From positions 23,370-87,369 of the IMG/VR virus record IMGVR_UViG_2859725622_000004: a stretch of DNA of 64,000 bases. One strand, 5' to 3'. The stretch is from a virus (Duplodnaviria > Caudoviricetes). Below the pieces are notes generated by a model, which searched no databases, was not told where the DNA came from, and saw nothing but the letters and a program-made list of their open reading frames with translations. Below, piece after piece: positions 44,182 to 54,196 of the stretch (the stretch's first letter is position 1; each line of letters opens with the position of its first letter). The position numbers were made by a program, and so were the translations under genes.

Positions 44182-44290
44182 CTCTTTTCTCCTTCGCTGC
44201 TTTATCAATGCATTTCTGATGAGCGTAGGTTTCACCCTTGTTAAGCATCAGGAAGCAGAAGATACATATTGATTGGGGGAGTTCAGGCAT
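44156..44290 (-). CDS. Small Cys-containing nin-region protein
   Basis: Hand-translated MPELPQSICIFCFLMLNKGETYAHQKC...; fills gap between neighbours. Confidence 0.45.
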   Translation of the reverse strand: MPELPQSICIFCFLMLNKGETYAHQKCIDKAAKEKRDGELTQRG

Positions 44291-44292
44291 GG

Positions 44293-44961
44293 CTATTCCC
44301 CTTGAATTTGAATCATCGTCAATTCACGCCCTGCCCCAAAAACTGCACCAGTGTCGATGTAGAGTTGGTTTTTAAACTGGCTGGGCTTGCTCATCGGCGT
44401 GTGACCGAATATGAATTGCTTGGCCCCGGCGATTTCCTCCTCTTTGCCACCCAGCGCATACCTCACGCGCTCACGATTCCATATGACGTGCTGCTCGCTC
44501 ACCGGCTTACCGAAGTGATAACTGTCTGATGGGTAATCAGCGTGGGCTATTACGTATTTGCCGGAGTCAGTATCAACCTCGATAACTAACGGCAACTTTT
44601 CAGCCATTGCTATCAACGCCCTAGCCAATACTTCTTGGCCATAATCGAGGCAGAAAAACCACATCCCACCATTAGCTAGCCAGTTATTTACATCACCTGA
44701 GCCATTAAGTGCATCAATCGCCATCTGCTCATGGTTGCCACGAACGGCACGAAACCAAGGCTGCGTTATCAGGTCAAGGCATTCGACGTTCTGCTCACCG
44801 CGGTCAATCAGGTCACCTACCGATATCAGCAAATCTTTGCTCTCATCGAAATCTACTGAGAGTAATTTCTCATTGAGCATGTCTAGGCAGCCGTGGATAT
44901 CGCCAACAACGAATATTCGTCGATAGTCGGCCCCATTAATTTTTTGGTAAATATCACCCAT
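44293..44961 (-). CDS. ninI: NinI-like Ser/Thr protein phosphatase
   Basis: GDIHG, GDLIDRG, RGNHE metallophosphoesterase motifs. Confidence 0.9.
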   Translation of the reverse strand: MGDIYQKINGADYRRIFVVGDIHGCLDMLNEKLLSVDFDESKDLLISVGDLIDRGEQNVECLDLITQPWFRAVRGNHEQMAIDALNGSGDVNNWLANGGMWFFCLDYGQEVLARALIAMAEKLPLVIEVDTDSGKYVIAHADYPSDSYHFGKPVSEQHVIWNRERVRYALGGKEEEIAGAKQFIFGHTPMSKPSQFKNQLYIDTGAVFGAGRELTMIQIQGE

Positions 44962-45295
44962 GGCTGCTCTCCCTGTCTTTCATCATCAGGAATACAATCA
45001 TTGCGGCTCGGAGGGCGCTGTCATCGTAGTAACCAATCATGGTTTCATTGGATAATGCATATGGCTTAAACGTGTCGTCTTTCATTTCATGCCATTCCAC
45101 ATTGATTCTGTTTTCTGAAATTATTTTCCACGCATCATCGATATTTTTGCATGGGTCGAATACCGATAGGCCTACAGCCATATGCCAATGACAAAGCTTG
45201 TTATAATTTTCATCAAGATTTGCCCACTCTAGTCCAAGGTAATTTCCCACCTCTTTAGAAATTTCATCATCACTCATTGCTAAGTAGTCTTTCAT
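44954..45295 (-). CDS. NinX/DUF2591-like protein
   Basis: MSDDEI...[13 protein letters not shown]...[11 protein letters not shown]. Confidence 0.7.
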   Translation of the reverse strand: MKDYLAMSDDEISKEVGNYLGLEWANLDENYNKLCHWHMAVGLSVFDPCKNIDDAWKIISENRINVEWHEMKDDTFKPYALSNETMIGYYDDSALRAAMIVFLMMKDRESSHG

Positions 45296-45459
45296 CGCGC
45301 TCTCCTTACTCTGTCGAATTTGGCGCGCAGCAAAACGCATATGTGATCATATGTGGGTATTTCGCTGACGGGGATTTGTTTGGTTGGCTTGGTTCGGTGG
45401 GATACTTTGAATATTGAGTTTTCCATTACTGCAACTATGCTGCTTTGCCTTTGTCGCAT
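45292..45459 (-). CDS. NinE-like small basic protein
   Basis: Position and basic composition. Confidence 0.45.
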   Translation of the reverse strand: MRQRQSSIVAVMENSIFKVSHRTKPTKQIPVSEIPTYDHICVLLRAKFDRVRRAR

Positions 45460-45818
45460 GGCCTTTCCTCTCGCCATTTTTCAAACCAGAAAATAACCGG
45501 GTCAGGTTTCATATCAACAAGCCCCATTCTGACGAGTGCCTTACCCTTCCCTGAGCGTAAAAACTCTCTGCGGCCGTCATCAATAATTCTTCGGTAATCT
45601 TCCAAGCTATTGCAATGCTTATGTAAATTGCATGGGTGACATGACGGAACCAGATTTTCAATATTGTCCCTGTCCTGATAAATCATCACTCCGCCAGTTC
45701 GTATAACAGGCTGCGCATGGTCGGCATGCCATTTATCGGTGAGTTCACACCCACAGTAAGCGCACTTGCCGCCGAACATTTCCCGCAGTTCTGCTCGCTG
45801 TTTTTTCGATAGTTTCAT
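45435..45818 (-). CDS. HNH endonuclease
   Basis: CAYCG...DH...NLVPSCHPCN. Confidence 0.88.
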   Translation of the reverse strand: MKLSKKQRAELREMFGGKCAYCGCELTDKWHADHAQPVIRTGGVMIYQDRDNIENLVPSCHPCNLHKHCNSLEDYRRIIDDGRREFLRSGKGKALVRMGLVDMKPDPVIFWFEKWREERPCDKGKAA

Positions 45819-46252
45819 GCTGCCCTCCCGAAATAATCATTGGTATAGCGAACCTCGCGCAGCTTCACGCCACTTCCGACCGCCCACGCCGTGCTGTATT
45901 CAATCAGGCTGGTCATGCGCTTAATGCCCATCTTGGCGGTCGATTCCCTAATGTTGCAGAACTCACCTTCAAGACCAGGTACTACTTCCGCGCCCATGCC
46001 GGTTGCCATTGCGTGGCCCGACACAAACAGCATCTTCCACTGAACTAGATTGCGCTCTTTATCCATCCACAACGCCTGCTTAGCCACGTCACCACACAAT
46101 GCGTGGAACATGCTGTTTTGCAGTAGAGAGCGGTCAAAGTCGGTGATTCGGATTGTTATGGGGCGGTGGTCATCGAGGGGGAGTTGGTTTATTGCTGCTA
46201 TCAGGTTTCGTCTTACTTGTTCGTTTCGTAGAAAGAATATTTGTTTATCCAT
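45815..46252 (-). CDS. ninB: NinB-family recombination protein
   Basis: RSLLQNSMFHALCGDVAKQ...WKMLFVSGH...RESTAKM. Confidence 0.88.
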   Translation of the reverse strand: MDKQIFFLRNEQVRRNLIAAINQLPLDDHRPITIRITDFDRSLLQNSMFHALCGDVAKQALWMDKERNLVQWKMLFVSGHAMATGMGAEVVPGLEGEFCNIRESTAKMGIKRMTSLIEYSTAWAVGSGVKLREVRYTNDYFGRAA

Positions 46253-46556
46253 GGTCTTCACCATTGAAAACTGTCCACTGACCTACGCCGTGCCATACGA
46301 AGTGTCGATTGCGGATTGAGTCATATGTCTGTCCAACGATTAGATGCCCTGTGTATTCAATCCACCATTGCCTAAGCGTCCGAGAAAACTTGCGCTCATG
46401 TCCATATTTAATCTGAACGGCAGTGAAGCAACGAACCAGGCTGGTAGCAATGAAAGCAGGCCAGATAAACCAGCGCCAAAAAGTAATGACAAACGTGAGT
46501 GCTACCAGAGCATTTAAAACGATTCCTGAATATAAAAAATAGGCTTCACTGGTCAT
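46245..46556 (-). CDS. Hypothetical membrane protein
   Basis: N-terminal hydrophobic stretch; overlaps neighbours. Confidence 0.55.
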   Translation of the reverse strand: MTSEAYFLYSGIVLNALVALTFVITFWRWFIWPAFIATSLVRCFTAVQIKYGHERKFSRTLRQWWIEYTGHLIVGQTYDSIRNRHFVWHGVGQWTVFNGEDHG

Positions 46557-47263
46557 AGTGGCTTCTCCGGCGCGGCTAGAAGTGGCATCCAGTGGGTTAC
46601 AGTAATGGGATAAAACTCAATGCCGTAATTGTACTCGTACACCTGAGCAAACCAACCTGGGCCATTCGCATGGTATTTAATGTACTGCCCGACATGAAGC
46701 TCAACCCCAAAATCAGGAAGCGGCCAGATAAGTACAAAGTCATCATCTTCCGGCATCCGGTCACTACACTTAATCCAGCCTTGCGGAATAATTTCAGGAA
46801 TATTTTGTTGTTGGTTTTGTGGTTCCGGCGCGGCGGCTAGCATAGCTCGATAGATTGAATAAGGTAGGTAACTCTCCCCCTCGTGCGCTTCTCTAGCTGC
46901 CTGAGCCATTTCAGCAGTAAGCTCAATCGGAACCAGTTTCCAACCTTCCGGTATCTCCGGAGAGTTCAACTGTGGGGTGGTGTAAACGATGCGGCGGCGG
47001 GTGTGGTCGTATTGGTTATAAAATCCTTTATCGCAGTCATACCAAACCCATTCAATGCCGCCGTTAAAGTCGGTACCTATCCCTGACTGATACTGATAAA
47101 CCGGCTCAGCCATCTTTGCAGCTAACGCGATGCGGGCTAGTGAAAGCAGTAATCTAGGGCTTACAGGAAACTCATCACTAGTTGGCGTGTTGTGAATCTC
47201 CTGCTGGCAGGTACTTATAATTTCTTCAATCTCTTCTACAGTAAAACTATCTAATTCTTTCAT
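46553..47263 (-). CDS. Eaa-like protein with C-terminal DUF551 domain
   Basis: LARIALAA, GWKLVP..YRAMLAAAP, WIKCSDRMP..VTHWMPL. Confidence 0.8.
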   Translation of the reverse strand: MKELDSFTVEEIEEIISTCQQEIHNTPTSDEFPVSPRLLLSLARIALAAKMAEPVYQYQSGIGTDFNGGIEWVWYDCDKGFYNQYDHTRRRIVYTTPQLNSPEIPEGWKLVPIELTAEMAQAAREAHEGESYLPYSIYRAMLAAAPEPQNQQQNIPEIIPQGWIKCSDRMPEDDDFVLIWPLPDFGVELHVGQYIKYHANGPGWFAQVYEYNYGIEFYPITVTHWMPLLAAPEKPL

Positions 47264-47610
47264 GGCCTTTCTCCCAATAACTTTTTCATCAACGCATACG
47301 TTTCTGGCGCTCGGTTGTCGGCCCTGTTTGCTTCACGATTAATCAGCGTGGTTAGCTCATCCCAATTCTCGATAATTGGTGCGAACTTTGGCACCTTTTT
47401 GGCAATAACTGGGAAGTATTCGCGTATCTCTGGTATTTCATCGAGAAGAAACATGCAGCGGCGTAAGTCGGAAGGGTCACTCGGTGGCTTGAAGTGATCG
47501 CTGTAGAAATTCTTATCGAGGCCGAGAGCTATAGCCGCCATTGTTGCAGAACTTATTCCTACGCGATCCTTAGTCTGCCATTTGATAACTTTCATCGCTA
47601 ATTCACTCAT
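47260..47610 (-). CDS. Hypothetical phage protein
   Basis: GISSATMA...PSDPSDLRRC. Confidence 0.7.
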   Translation of the reverse strand: MSELAMKVIKWQTKDRVGISSATMAAIALGLDKNFYSDHFKPPSDPSDLRRCMFLLDEIPEIREYFPVIAKKVPKFAPIIENWDELTTLINREANRADNRAPETYALMKKLLGERP

Positions 47611-47887
47611 TCACTCTCTCCCTTGATTCGAATACCGGCAGTGCGGATGGCTATTTTTAAGGCTTCCTGCAACTCTTTAGCCACGTGGTCCTTGTATCCG
47701 TCGAAAGGCGGAATAACTGCCTCAATGCTTTCACGGCTGGCTGCCACCCTTTCCACAAATCAATGTATGAGTTGGCCTCCCATGCACCATAGCTAATCAC
47801 TGCATAACCGGTCCTATATCTGATTACGTGCCTTGGGATCGGAAACGTTGCTTCAAAGTCAGACTGCGATTTAGTTATGTCCATCAT
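47607..47887 (-). pseudogene. Hypothetical phage protein with apparent 1-nt deletion near 47741
   Basis: Adding one base gives WQASRESIEAV...GIRIKGESE ending in an ATGA overlap at 47607. Confidence 0.6.
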
Positions 47888-48065
47888 GTTCCGTCCTCGA
47901 TTCGTATCTGGCGCAGGTGATAGCAGTCCAGGCAATCAGTTGTGCGCGTTTCATGTGAAGTTCTTTCAACCGGTCAAGCCAGATAAATACCGGGCCGGTG
48001 TAGCCGTTGTGAGCAAGGCGAATATATTGCTCAATGGTTAATTCATCCTCGTGAGTGAGTTCCAT
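47871..48065 (-). CDS. Hypothetical protein
   Basis: 64-aa ORF coupled to dnaB stop. Confidence 0.55.
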   Translation of the reverse strand: MELTHEDELTIEQYIRLAHNGYTGPVFIWLDRLKELHMKRAQLIAWTAITCARYESRTEHDGHN

Positions 48066-49468
48066 CAGAAACCACCTTGTTTTTTAGTTGACCGCCGCTC
48101 AGATTCAGCCGCCTTAGCTTTTGCCTGCTCCTGGTTGCAGTCATAGATTGCGCCGTGGCGCTGCTCAACGAATACCACGCCACTACTGCCGTGCCGGTTA
48201 AGCCGGAGTAGTAACTCTGTATCCTGCTGATTGGCGTTCTCGTCATAAGCGCCTTCACGATATATTCCCAGCCAGTAATCACAGTCTTGTTCAATCTGTC
48301 CTGTGTCGCGGGAGTCACTTGGTTGAGGCCGCTTATTGACGCGTTTTTCTAAATCACGGTTTAGCTGAGTCAACAACACAACAACACAATCCAGCTCTTT
48401 GGCGAGGTTCTTTAACCCCTTGGTGATCATCCCGTAAGCCAGATCATTGCGGTCTGCTTTTTCGGCGGTCATCAGTGTCAGGTAGTCAACCAATACCATG
48501 CCAACAACGCCACGTTCGCGCTTAATGCGGCGGCACTCAGAAACAATGTGAGACAGTGGAATCCCCGGCGTATCATCAATGTACAAATTGCCACTTCTTG
48601 CCAGCTCTAACCCTTTCGCGGATGCCAACGCAAAACGGTTATCGTCGTACCCATCAAGATAAAAGTTACTGCTGGATACTCCAGAGGCTTGGGAAATCAT
48701 GCCCTCACCAAGTTGCACACCAGGCATTTCAAGGCTAAACGCCAGCGCCGGAAGGTTCTCATTCAGTGCGCAGTTGATTGCCATGCTTGAATAGAGCGTT
48801 GTCTTACCCATTTTGGGGCGGGCACCGACCACGAACAGTGAACCTTTCACAATTCGCTTAGGTTCCAGCATGGCGTCCAGTGATGCTATCCCGCTGGTTA
48901 GTCCAATGGCTCGCGGGTCACCGGAAAGTCGCTGATCAACAACATCAACCCAATCTGAGAACACACTTTCGAATGTTCGCAGCCCTCTGCGGTTACCTGT
49001 CTTGGCGTGATCTGTGATCTCGGTAGATAGCGCCTGTATTGCCTCAAGCTTTTGCGTTGCTGTCATGCCGTTGTTGGCATAAAGCAACTCGGTCATCGCA
49101 TTGGTTTTGGCAATGCTGTAACGGGTGATCGCCTTATCGCGTACTTCCATCGCGTAATGCACGATATTCGCGGCGCTGGGGGTGTTCTTCGACAACTCAG
49201 CCATGTAAGCAAAACCGCCTACAGTGCTGCTGATCCCCTTGTTCTCCATCTGGTTGTACAGCGTTATCAGGTCTATGGGGATCTGCCTGCTAACTAAGTC
49301 TTTAATTTCTGCAAAAATTACTTGGTGTGGGCGTGTGTAAAACGATTCGGGTTTCAGCATGGATAGGACTTTAGCGACGTTATCACTGCCGTCATCCAGC
49401 ATCAGGCCGCCAAGAACGCTTTGTTCAGCATCGAGGTTGTGTGGTGGTGTTTTGTAATCAACGGTCAT
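48065..49468 (-). CDS. dnaB: Phage-encoded DnaB-family replicative helicase
   Basis: PPHNLDAEQSVLGGL, ARPKMGKT, VDYLTLM, DSRDTGQIEQD. Confidence 0.95.
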   Translation of the reverse strand: MTVDYKTPPHNLDAEQSVLGGLMLDDGSDNVAKVLSMLKPESFYTRPHQVIFAEIKDLVSRQIPIDLITLYNQMENKGISSTVGGFAYMAELSKNTPSAANIVHYAMEVRDKAITRYSIAKTNAMTELLYANNGMTATQKLEAIQALSTEITDHAKTGNRRGLRTFESVFSDWVDVVDQRLSGDPRAIGLTSGIASLDAMLEPKRIVKGSLFVVGARPKMGKTTLYSSMAINCALNENLPALAFSLEMPGVQLGEGMISQASGVSSSNFYLDGYDDNRFALASAKGLELARSGNLYIDDTPGIPLSHIVSECRRIKRERGVVGMVLVDYLTLMTAEKADRNDLAYGMITKGLKNLAKELDCVVVLLTQLNRDLEKRVNKRPQPSDSRDTGQIEQDCDYWLGIYREGAYDENANQQDTELLLRLNRHGSSGVVFVEQRHGAIYDCNQEQAKAKAAESERRSTKKQGGF

Positions 49469-50360
49469 CCTTGTCTCCTTCGCGTACATCCCGATAAAGC
49501 TTTTCTGACAGGAAGCTATCAAACTTCATCCTGCGCCATGTCTTGCCACTGCGGTTATCAGGGCGGTCTTCCAGCATCCAGCGGCAGTTCTCGCTGATGT
49601 ACTTGAGATACTCCCTGAACCCCTGCATCGTCAGCGGTTGACCGTTATCCATCTGACGGGCAATTTTATTTGCCTTAGCCCAAAATCGTCTAATCAGGTT
49701 GCGCCGGTCATCATCCATTACTCGCCAACCTCTGGCTTCTGGAAGTTCGTCTTTCAGGCATTGCCAGACTTCTTCACAAGATATTTTCTGCTTGGCGTCT
49801 GTTGGCTTTTCAGCCTCTAAATCCTCACCGCCAGTTGCACACTTAATATCTTTAGATATTAAGAGATCTTTAAATTCATTGTTTGTGGCACTCTGTTGGT
49901 AATCTGTTGGCACAACCTCCGCGCCAGCGCTTGGTGCAAGCGGCTTTGCGTTGGCACTCTGTTGGTAATCTGTTGGCACAATATTTGGCTGATATTCGTC
50001 GTATTTTGTGACGTAAATTAGTGAGAATTTTTTGGTGGTTGACTTGGTGATCATCCCAAGTTTTTCAAACTTACCGATTAGATATTTAATGCGGTTACCG
50101 GTAATACCGGTTGCCAGTTCCAGCTTATTGCGACCGGTCATAAATTCACCACGGCGAACCATGACATCACCCAGCTCGGTATTAATTATTGCCGGTGCGT
50201 GATTGGCGATAAGTATGAAATGGAACCACAGGTGAACCGCTTCAGAATCCGTCCTGTAGAAAGGCAGATCCATTATTTTCCTATGCATCAAGGCAAACCC
50301 CTTACCGGTTGCCTCCGGCCTTACTGTGTCTGGTTGACGAAACGCTAAGACGTTACTCAT
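49458..50360 (-). CDS. Replication initiator (O-like)
   Basis: KGFALMHRKI..., winged-helix-like N-terminus, internal iterons, upstream of dnaB. Confidence 0.85.
   Translation of the reverse strand: MSNVLAFRQPDTVRPEATGKGFALMHRKIMDLPFYRTDSEAVHLWFHFILIANHAPAIINTELGDVMVRRGEFMTGRNKLELATGITGNRIKYLIGKFEKLGMITKSTTKKFSLIYVTKYDEYQPNIVPTDYQQSANAKPLAPSAGAEVVPTDYQQSATNNEFKDLLISKDIKCATGGEDLEAEKPTDAKQKISCEEVWQCLKDELPEARGWRVMDDDRRNLIRRFWAKANKIARQMDNGQPLTMQGFREYLKYISENCRWMLEDRPDNRSGKTWRRMKFDSFLSEKLYRDVREGDKDDR
49887..49981. repeat. Probable replication-origin iterons inside the initiator gene
   Basis: 29-nt GGCACTCTGTTGGTAATCTGTTGGCACAA at 49887 and 49953, each with two TCTGTTGG units. Confidence 0.8.
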
Positions 50361-50514
50361 TGGCTTTCCCCTGCATAGCCTTAAGCTCCTTGAATTTCTC
50401 AACGAGCTTGTTTCCGAATATTGGGTTGTCCACGCATACCATGACTAATTCGTCTGGCTTTGCAGAACGCTGCTGAGTAACTTCTCGCTGTTTTGCGTTA
50501 GTTTTCTTTCGCAT
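50353..50514 (-). CDS. Small protein between cII and initiator
   Basis: Hand-translated 53 aa MRKKTNAKQREV... Confidence 0.5.
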   Translation of the reverse strand: MRKKTNAKQREVTQQRSAKPDELVMVCVDNPIFGNKLVEKFKELKAMQGKANE

Positions 50515-50526
50515 GTATAGTTACCT

Positions 50527-50817
50527 CTAGAAAGACATAGTTATTTGCTGTTCTTGAGCCTCTGTTCGTGCAGGGGCTTTTTGCTTTCCGGTCACCGCAA
50601 TCACTGCCTGCCTTGCGATTTCCCTTATCACGCTCGTCTCCCATATCTTCTCCAGAAGAACAAACGTCACTGCCATGTCATGTACGTTTAACCGGCTTAC
50701 CTTTGATTCGGCCCAGCCAGCCTCCCGCGCAAACTTGCTCTGGCCCTTGATAGCCATTCGGCTTCGTAGCTCAGATTCAACTTCCATAATTCTCTTGCTG
50801 TTACTTGCACGTTCCAT
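50527..50817 (-). CDS. cII: CII transcriptional activator
   Basis: GQSKFAREAGWAESKVSR HTH; C-terminal QITMSF; position after cro/nutR. Confidence 0.85.
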   Translation of the reverse strand: MERASNSKRIMEVESELRSRMAIKGQSKFAREAGWAESKVSRLNVHDMAVTFVLLEKIWETSVIREIARQAVIAVTGKQKAPARTEAQEQQITMSF

Positions 50818-50895
50818 TGCGTACTCTTCCCTTGTTAGATGTTGTTACGTGACAAAGCCGTAGCTAATGCCACTTGTGATTAGTTTTTTGTTTGG

Positions 50896-50920
50896 ATTCG
50901 CGCTTTGCCAGCGCCGTAGG
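50896..50920 (-). promoter_or_regulatory. nutR (boxB hairpin GCGC-TGGCAAA-GCGC)
   Basis: 25-nt identity with 53181-53205; P22-like boxB. Confidence 0.85.
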
Positions 50921-50952
50921 ACGAGTGTCCGTTGTGAAAATATCGGTAGTGA

Positions 50953-51183
50953 TTATGCTGCGTTATTGAATTGCTCAAATAGGTTTGCTTTATCAGGACG
51001 GAACTCAGCGGCTTTAATCTTCCCGTTAGTAGCCCTAACTAGAAGCAGCGCACCTTCTACTGAAATTTGCTTATTGCCGTTAAGCCAATCCGATACCGTT
51101 GATTGCGCCTTGCCAACAGCTTTGGCTAATGCAGCCTGACTGCCAACAATTGCAATCGCTTTTTCGACTGCTTCATGCTTCAT
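50953..51183 (-). CDS. cro: Cro-like repressor (YdaS-type)
   Basis: GSQAALAKAVGKAQSTVSDWLNG; divergent from cI. Confidence 0.9.
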   Translation of the reverse strand: MKHEAVEKAIAIVGSQAALAKAVGKAQSTVSDWLNGNKQISVEGALLLVRATNGKIKAAEFRPDKANLFEQFNNAA

Positions 51184-51222
51184 AAAATCTCCTTTTCTAT
51201 TGCTTACTGGATGATTTTAGCT

Positions 51223-51280
51223 ATCGCTTTAGTGAAAAGCAATCGCTTTACCGATTTTGATTAAATATCGTTATGGCGAT
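51223..51280. promoter_or_regulatory. OR operators (3 x 14-bp ATCG-N6-CGAT type)
   Basis: 51223, 51242, 51267; same pattern at OL. Confidence 0.75.
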
Positions 51281-51311
51281 AAGATGAAGTGAACTGTTTT
51301 ATGAGGTTTTT

Positions 51312-52040
51312 ATGGATTTTTCTGAGCGCCTTAATTTGGCGATGGCGGAAGGTAGATTTACGCAAGGGTCTTTAGCTAAGGCTGTAGGTATGGCTCAATC
51401 CAGCATATGGAAGCTTACCTCTGGCGGAGCTAAGGGGTCTAGGCGAACTGTTGATCTAGCTAGAGTGCTAGGGGTTAGACCTGAATGGCTTTCTAGTGGC
51501 TCCGGGCCAATGCGCGATGACGGTGTAAAACCACATCACCCAGACTCAACCATCCCTAGAGAATCAGAGTGGGGAACTGTTGATGCATGGGACAGCAAAA
51601 CACCGCTCCATGATGATGAAGTAGAAGTCCCATTTCTTAGGGATATCGAGTTTGCTTGTGGGGATGGGCGAGTGCCGAACGAAGATTATAACGGATTTAA
51701 AATTCGCTTCTCTAAAGCTACCCTGAGACGAGTGGGAGCTAACACGGATGGTTCTGGGGTTATCTGCTTTCCGGCGGCAGGAAACAGCATGGAGCCAGTA
51801 ATACCCGATGGCGCTACCGTTGCGGTTGATACTCAGAATAAAAAGATTGTGGATGGTGAGCTATACGCAATTAATCAGGATGGACTCAAGCGCATTAAGC
51901 AACTCTATCGCCGCCCTGGCGGAAAGGTGACAATCCGCAGCTTCAATCGTGAAGAAAATGATGACGAGGAAGCGCTAGAGAGCGAACTGGAGATAGTCGG
52001 GTTTGTTTTCTGGTACTCGGTCATTAGATATCGCAAGTGA
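51312..52040 (+). CDS. cI: CI repressor (XRE HTH + S24 peptidase)
   Basis: TQGSLAKAVGMAQSSIWKL; ACG cleavage site; GNSMEP and RIKQL. Confidence 0.95.
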   Translation: MDFSERLNLAMAEGRFTQGSLAKAVGMAQSSIWKLTSGGAKGSRRTVDLARVLGVRPEWLSSGSGPMRDDGVKPHHPDSTIPRESEWGTVDAWDSKTPLHDDEVEVPFLRDIEFACGDGRVPNEDYNGFKIRFSKATLRRVGANTDGSGVICFPAAGNSMEPVIPDGATVAVDTQNKKIVDGELYAINQDGLKRIKQLYRRPGGKVTIRSFNREENDDEEALESELEIVGFVFWYSVIRYRK

Positions 52041-52371
52041 TCCACGGCTAACCCACTGCTAGCCCATAGAGGGGTGGGAGGGATAGTAAAAATTATACTT
52101 TTCGATTACTAACCACTCCCAAAATATGGAAATATCACTGATAGCACCTATACAACGTGTTAATGTGTACTAAGATTAATCAACGAAATAAACTTTAAGT
52201 AAAGGTTATAGGACTCTTGCCGATATGGTGTTTATTGGATATACATATAGACCTAATTAAGCAAGGGACGCTTTATGAATCATTTTGGTTGCTAAACGTA
52301 CCTTCCTGTATAAATAAAGCTCAGATATATTGAAATCTGGGTTGAATGACACAATAAAAGGAGTATGATTA

Positions 52372-52719
52372 GTGACCCATGATTTTAGTGATTGTGCGAA
52401 GGTTTCAGGTGCTGAAGCATCTTTGCAGGAAAGACAAATCTATACGGTGCAATTAGGCGTTAAATCGCTAATTGACTTTGTTGTTACAAGCTTTGAATTG
52501 CTTGGAATCGATAAGTTTCATGAGTTAGTAGACCCATCTTTGGGTGACATCGAAGCTATAATCATTAAGTTAGATGCAAAGGCTAAGCAGATTGGTGATA
52601 TTGATCTGCAGCAGATACTGATCAGTGCACAAATCATGATAAAAAATATTAAAGAAAAGAATCCTGAACTTTGTGAGCAAGGGTCTAAATTCCTTAAAAA
52701 TGCCATGGTGTTCAAGTAG
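52372..52719 (+). CDS. Hypothetical protein at the rex-equivalent locus
   Basis: 115 aa, GTG start with GGAG SD, AT-rich. Confidence 0.65.
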   Translation: MTHDFSDCAKVSGAEASLQERQIYTVQLGVKSLIDFVVTSFELLGIDKFHELVDPSLGDIEAIIIKLDAKAKQIGDIDLQQILISAQIMIKNIKEKNPELCEQGSKFLKNAMVFK

Positions 52720-52745
52720 TTATTGCCGCCCACGAGGAGATTACT

Positions 52746-52871
52746 ATGACTAACAAACAGAAATGCATTAGTGAAATGCTGCAGCTCACCAAGCAACTTA
52801 ATGCTATCGTTGCATCGCTGCATGCAAAAAGAGAACAGATGCTGGAAGAAATGACGCAAAAAGCTGCGTAA
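52746..52871 (+). CDS. 41-aa helical protein
   Basis: GAGGAG SD, MTNKQKCISEMLQLTKQL...; terminator 52889-52917 follows. Confidence 0.55.
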   Translation: MTNKQKCISEMLQLTKQLNAIVASLHAKREQMLEEMTQKAA

Positions 52872-53053
52872 ATTCTGGTAAAGCTCTCAAAACCCGGCCC
52901 CGCTGCCGGGTTTTTTGTGCCTGTAATCTGACAATCTCACCACCCTACCCGCTTTAAACACTACTCACCTCACACTTTTCACGCCTGCTAGCCGGTGCGA
53001 ATGGTCACGTCTGAATTATTTTAAAAATAAATTCCTTTATCAATTATGCAATT

Positions 53054-53113
53054 ATCACCTTATCGATAAATATTATCGCTTTTACGATTGACCTAAATAA
53101 TCGCTAAGGCTAT
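53054..53113. promoter_or_regulatory. OL operators / pL
   Basis: 14-bp sites at 53054, 53075, 53100 matching OR pattern. Confidence 0.75.
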
Positions 53114-53180
53114 TATCATTCCATCAACACGGCATGACGCAAAATCAGTACGAAACGGATACAACGGGTTGCAGTCTGAT

Positions 53181-53205
53181 CCTACGGCGCTGGCAAAGCG
53201 CGAAT
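53181..53205 (+). promoter_or_regulatory. nutL (boxB)
   Basis: Identical to nutR; followed by long stem 53216-53234/53313-53332 like the RNase III site of N leaders. Confidence 0.85.
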
Positions 53206-53346
53206 AACCAAAGCGAATGAGTTTTGGGATGGTGAATAGCTGGAGCTAACGACAGGTAATGCTGCGGGACTGAGAAGGCTATCGAGAGCGCTGTGATTGA
53301 AATAGGCACAGACACCATCACCAAAGCTCATTAACTGGAGGTAACC

Positions 53347-53709
53347 ATGACACGCAGAACAGCATTCAATGGATCATCATCTGCTCGTCGCCGCTCTCGC
53401 CTGAAAGCGCAAGCTGTTGAGCGCGATTTAATTGAGTCACAAGTTTATCGCGCACTTGGCATGAAGCCAGAACAGAAAGAACAGTCAGTTCGTAAAGCAG
53501 AAATTATCTGCAAGCGTCAGGTAAGCGGGGAAATCCAATACCCGGCACCACCAACTGATTACCAAGTACAGATTTATAACGCTGCCGAGCATCACATGGC
53601 GATTGAGATAAAACGCTGCCGTAAGTTCCACAGCGAACCCAAATCAGAACGTGGAGTTAACGCTATAGCTCGCCAGAAGATGCGCGGTAAAAGCATACAG
53701 CTTATTTAG
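53347..53709 (+). CDS. N: N-type antitermination protein
   Basis: Arginine-rich MTRRTAFNGSSSARRRSRLKA; first gene after nutL. Confidence 0.85.
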   Translation: MTRRTAFNGSSSARRRSRLKAQAVERDLIESQVYRALGMKPEQKEQSVRKAEIICKRQVSGEIQYPAPPTDYQVQIYNAAEHHMAIEIKRCRKFHSEPKSERGVNAIARQKMRGKSIQLI

Positions 53710-53758
53710 TTGCAGCAGGCTTCCGTAAGTCAGAATCATTAACAGCGAGGTAAATACC

Positions 53759-54001
53759 ATGCCAATGTCATTCCCTAATTTAGAAAGTCTGAAGCGTCGC
53801 GCCAAAATGCGAAATTTCCGCCAGCCGTTAGAAAACGAACCAGAAGAAGTGTACCGCGAGAAGTTTGCTGATTTTATGGTGAACATTGACCGTGTTGAAT
53901 CTAGTGAGATTCGTTCAAAGTTGGGGTGGGATATTCTTCAGCTAGACCCAGCCACTGCTTTGAAAATGATGGGAATCGATATTTCTGGACTCGCAGATTA
54001 A
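53759..54001 (+). CDS. Hypothetical protein
   Basis: 80-aa ORF with GAGGT SD. Confidence 0.6.
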   Translation: MPMSFPNLESLKRRAKMRNFRQPLENEPEEVYREKFADFMVNIDRVESSEIRSKLGWDILQLDPATALKMMGIDISGLAD

Positions 54002-54196
54002 CGTTCGCAAAGAAGCCCACCACATAGTTAAGGGGTAAGAGAATGGAAACAACACAAAGTGTTCTTTTAGCAGCATGCGAAGCAGCAGAAAAAATAGATG
54101 AGATTATCAAATCACGCGGATTGGCTGGGCATGAGTCTGCTGTGCTTGAGGCATTAAAGGCGGCCTATGATAACAGCCGCCCAAACGGGCTTGTTA

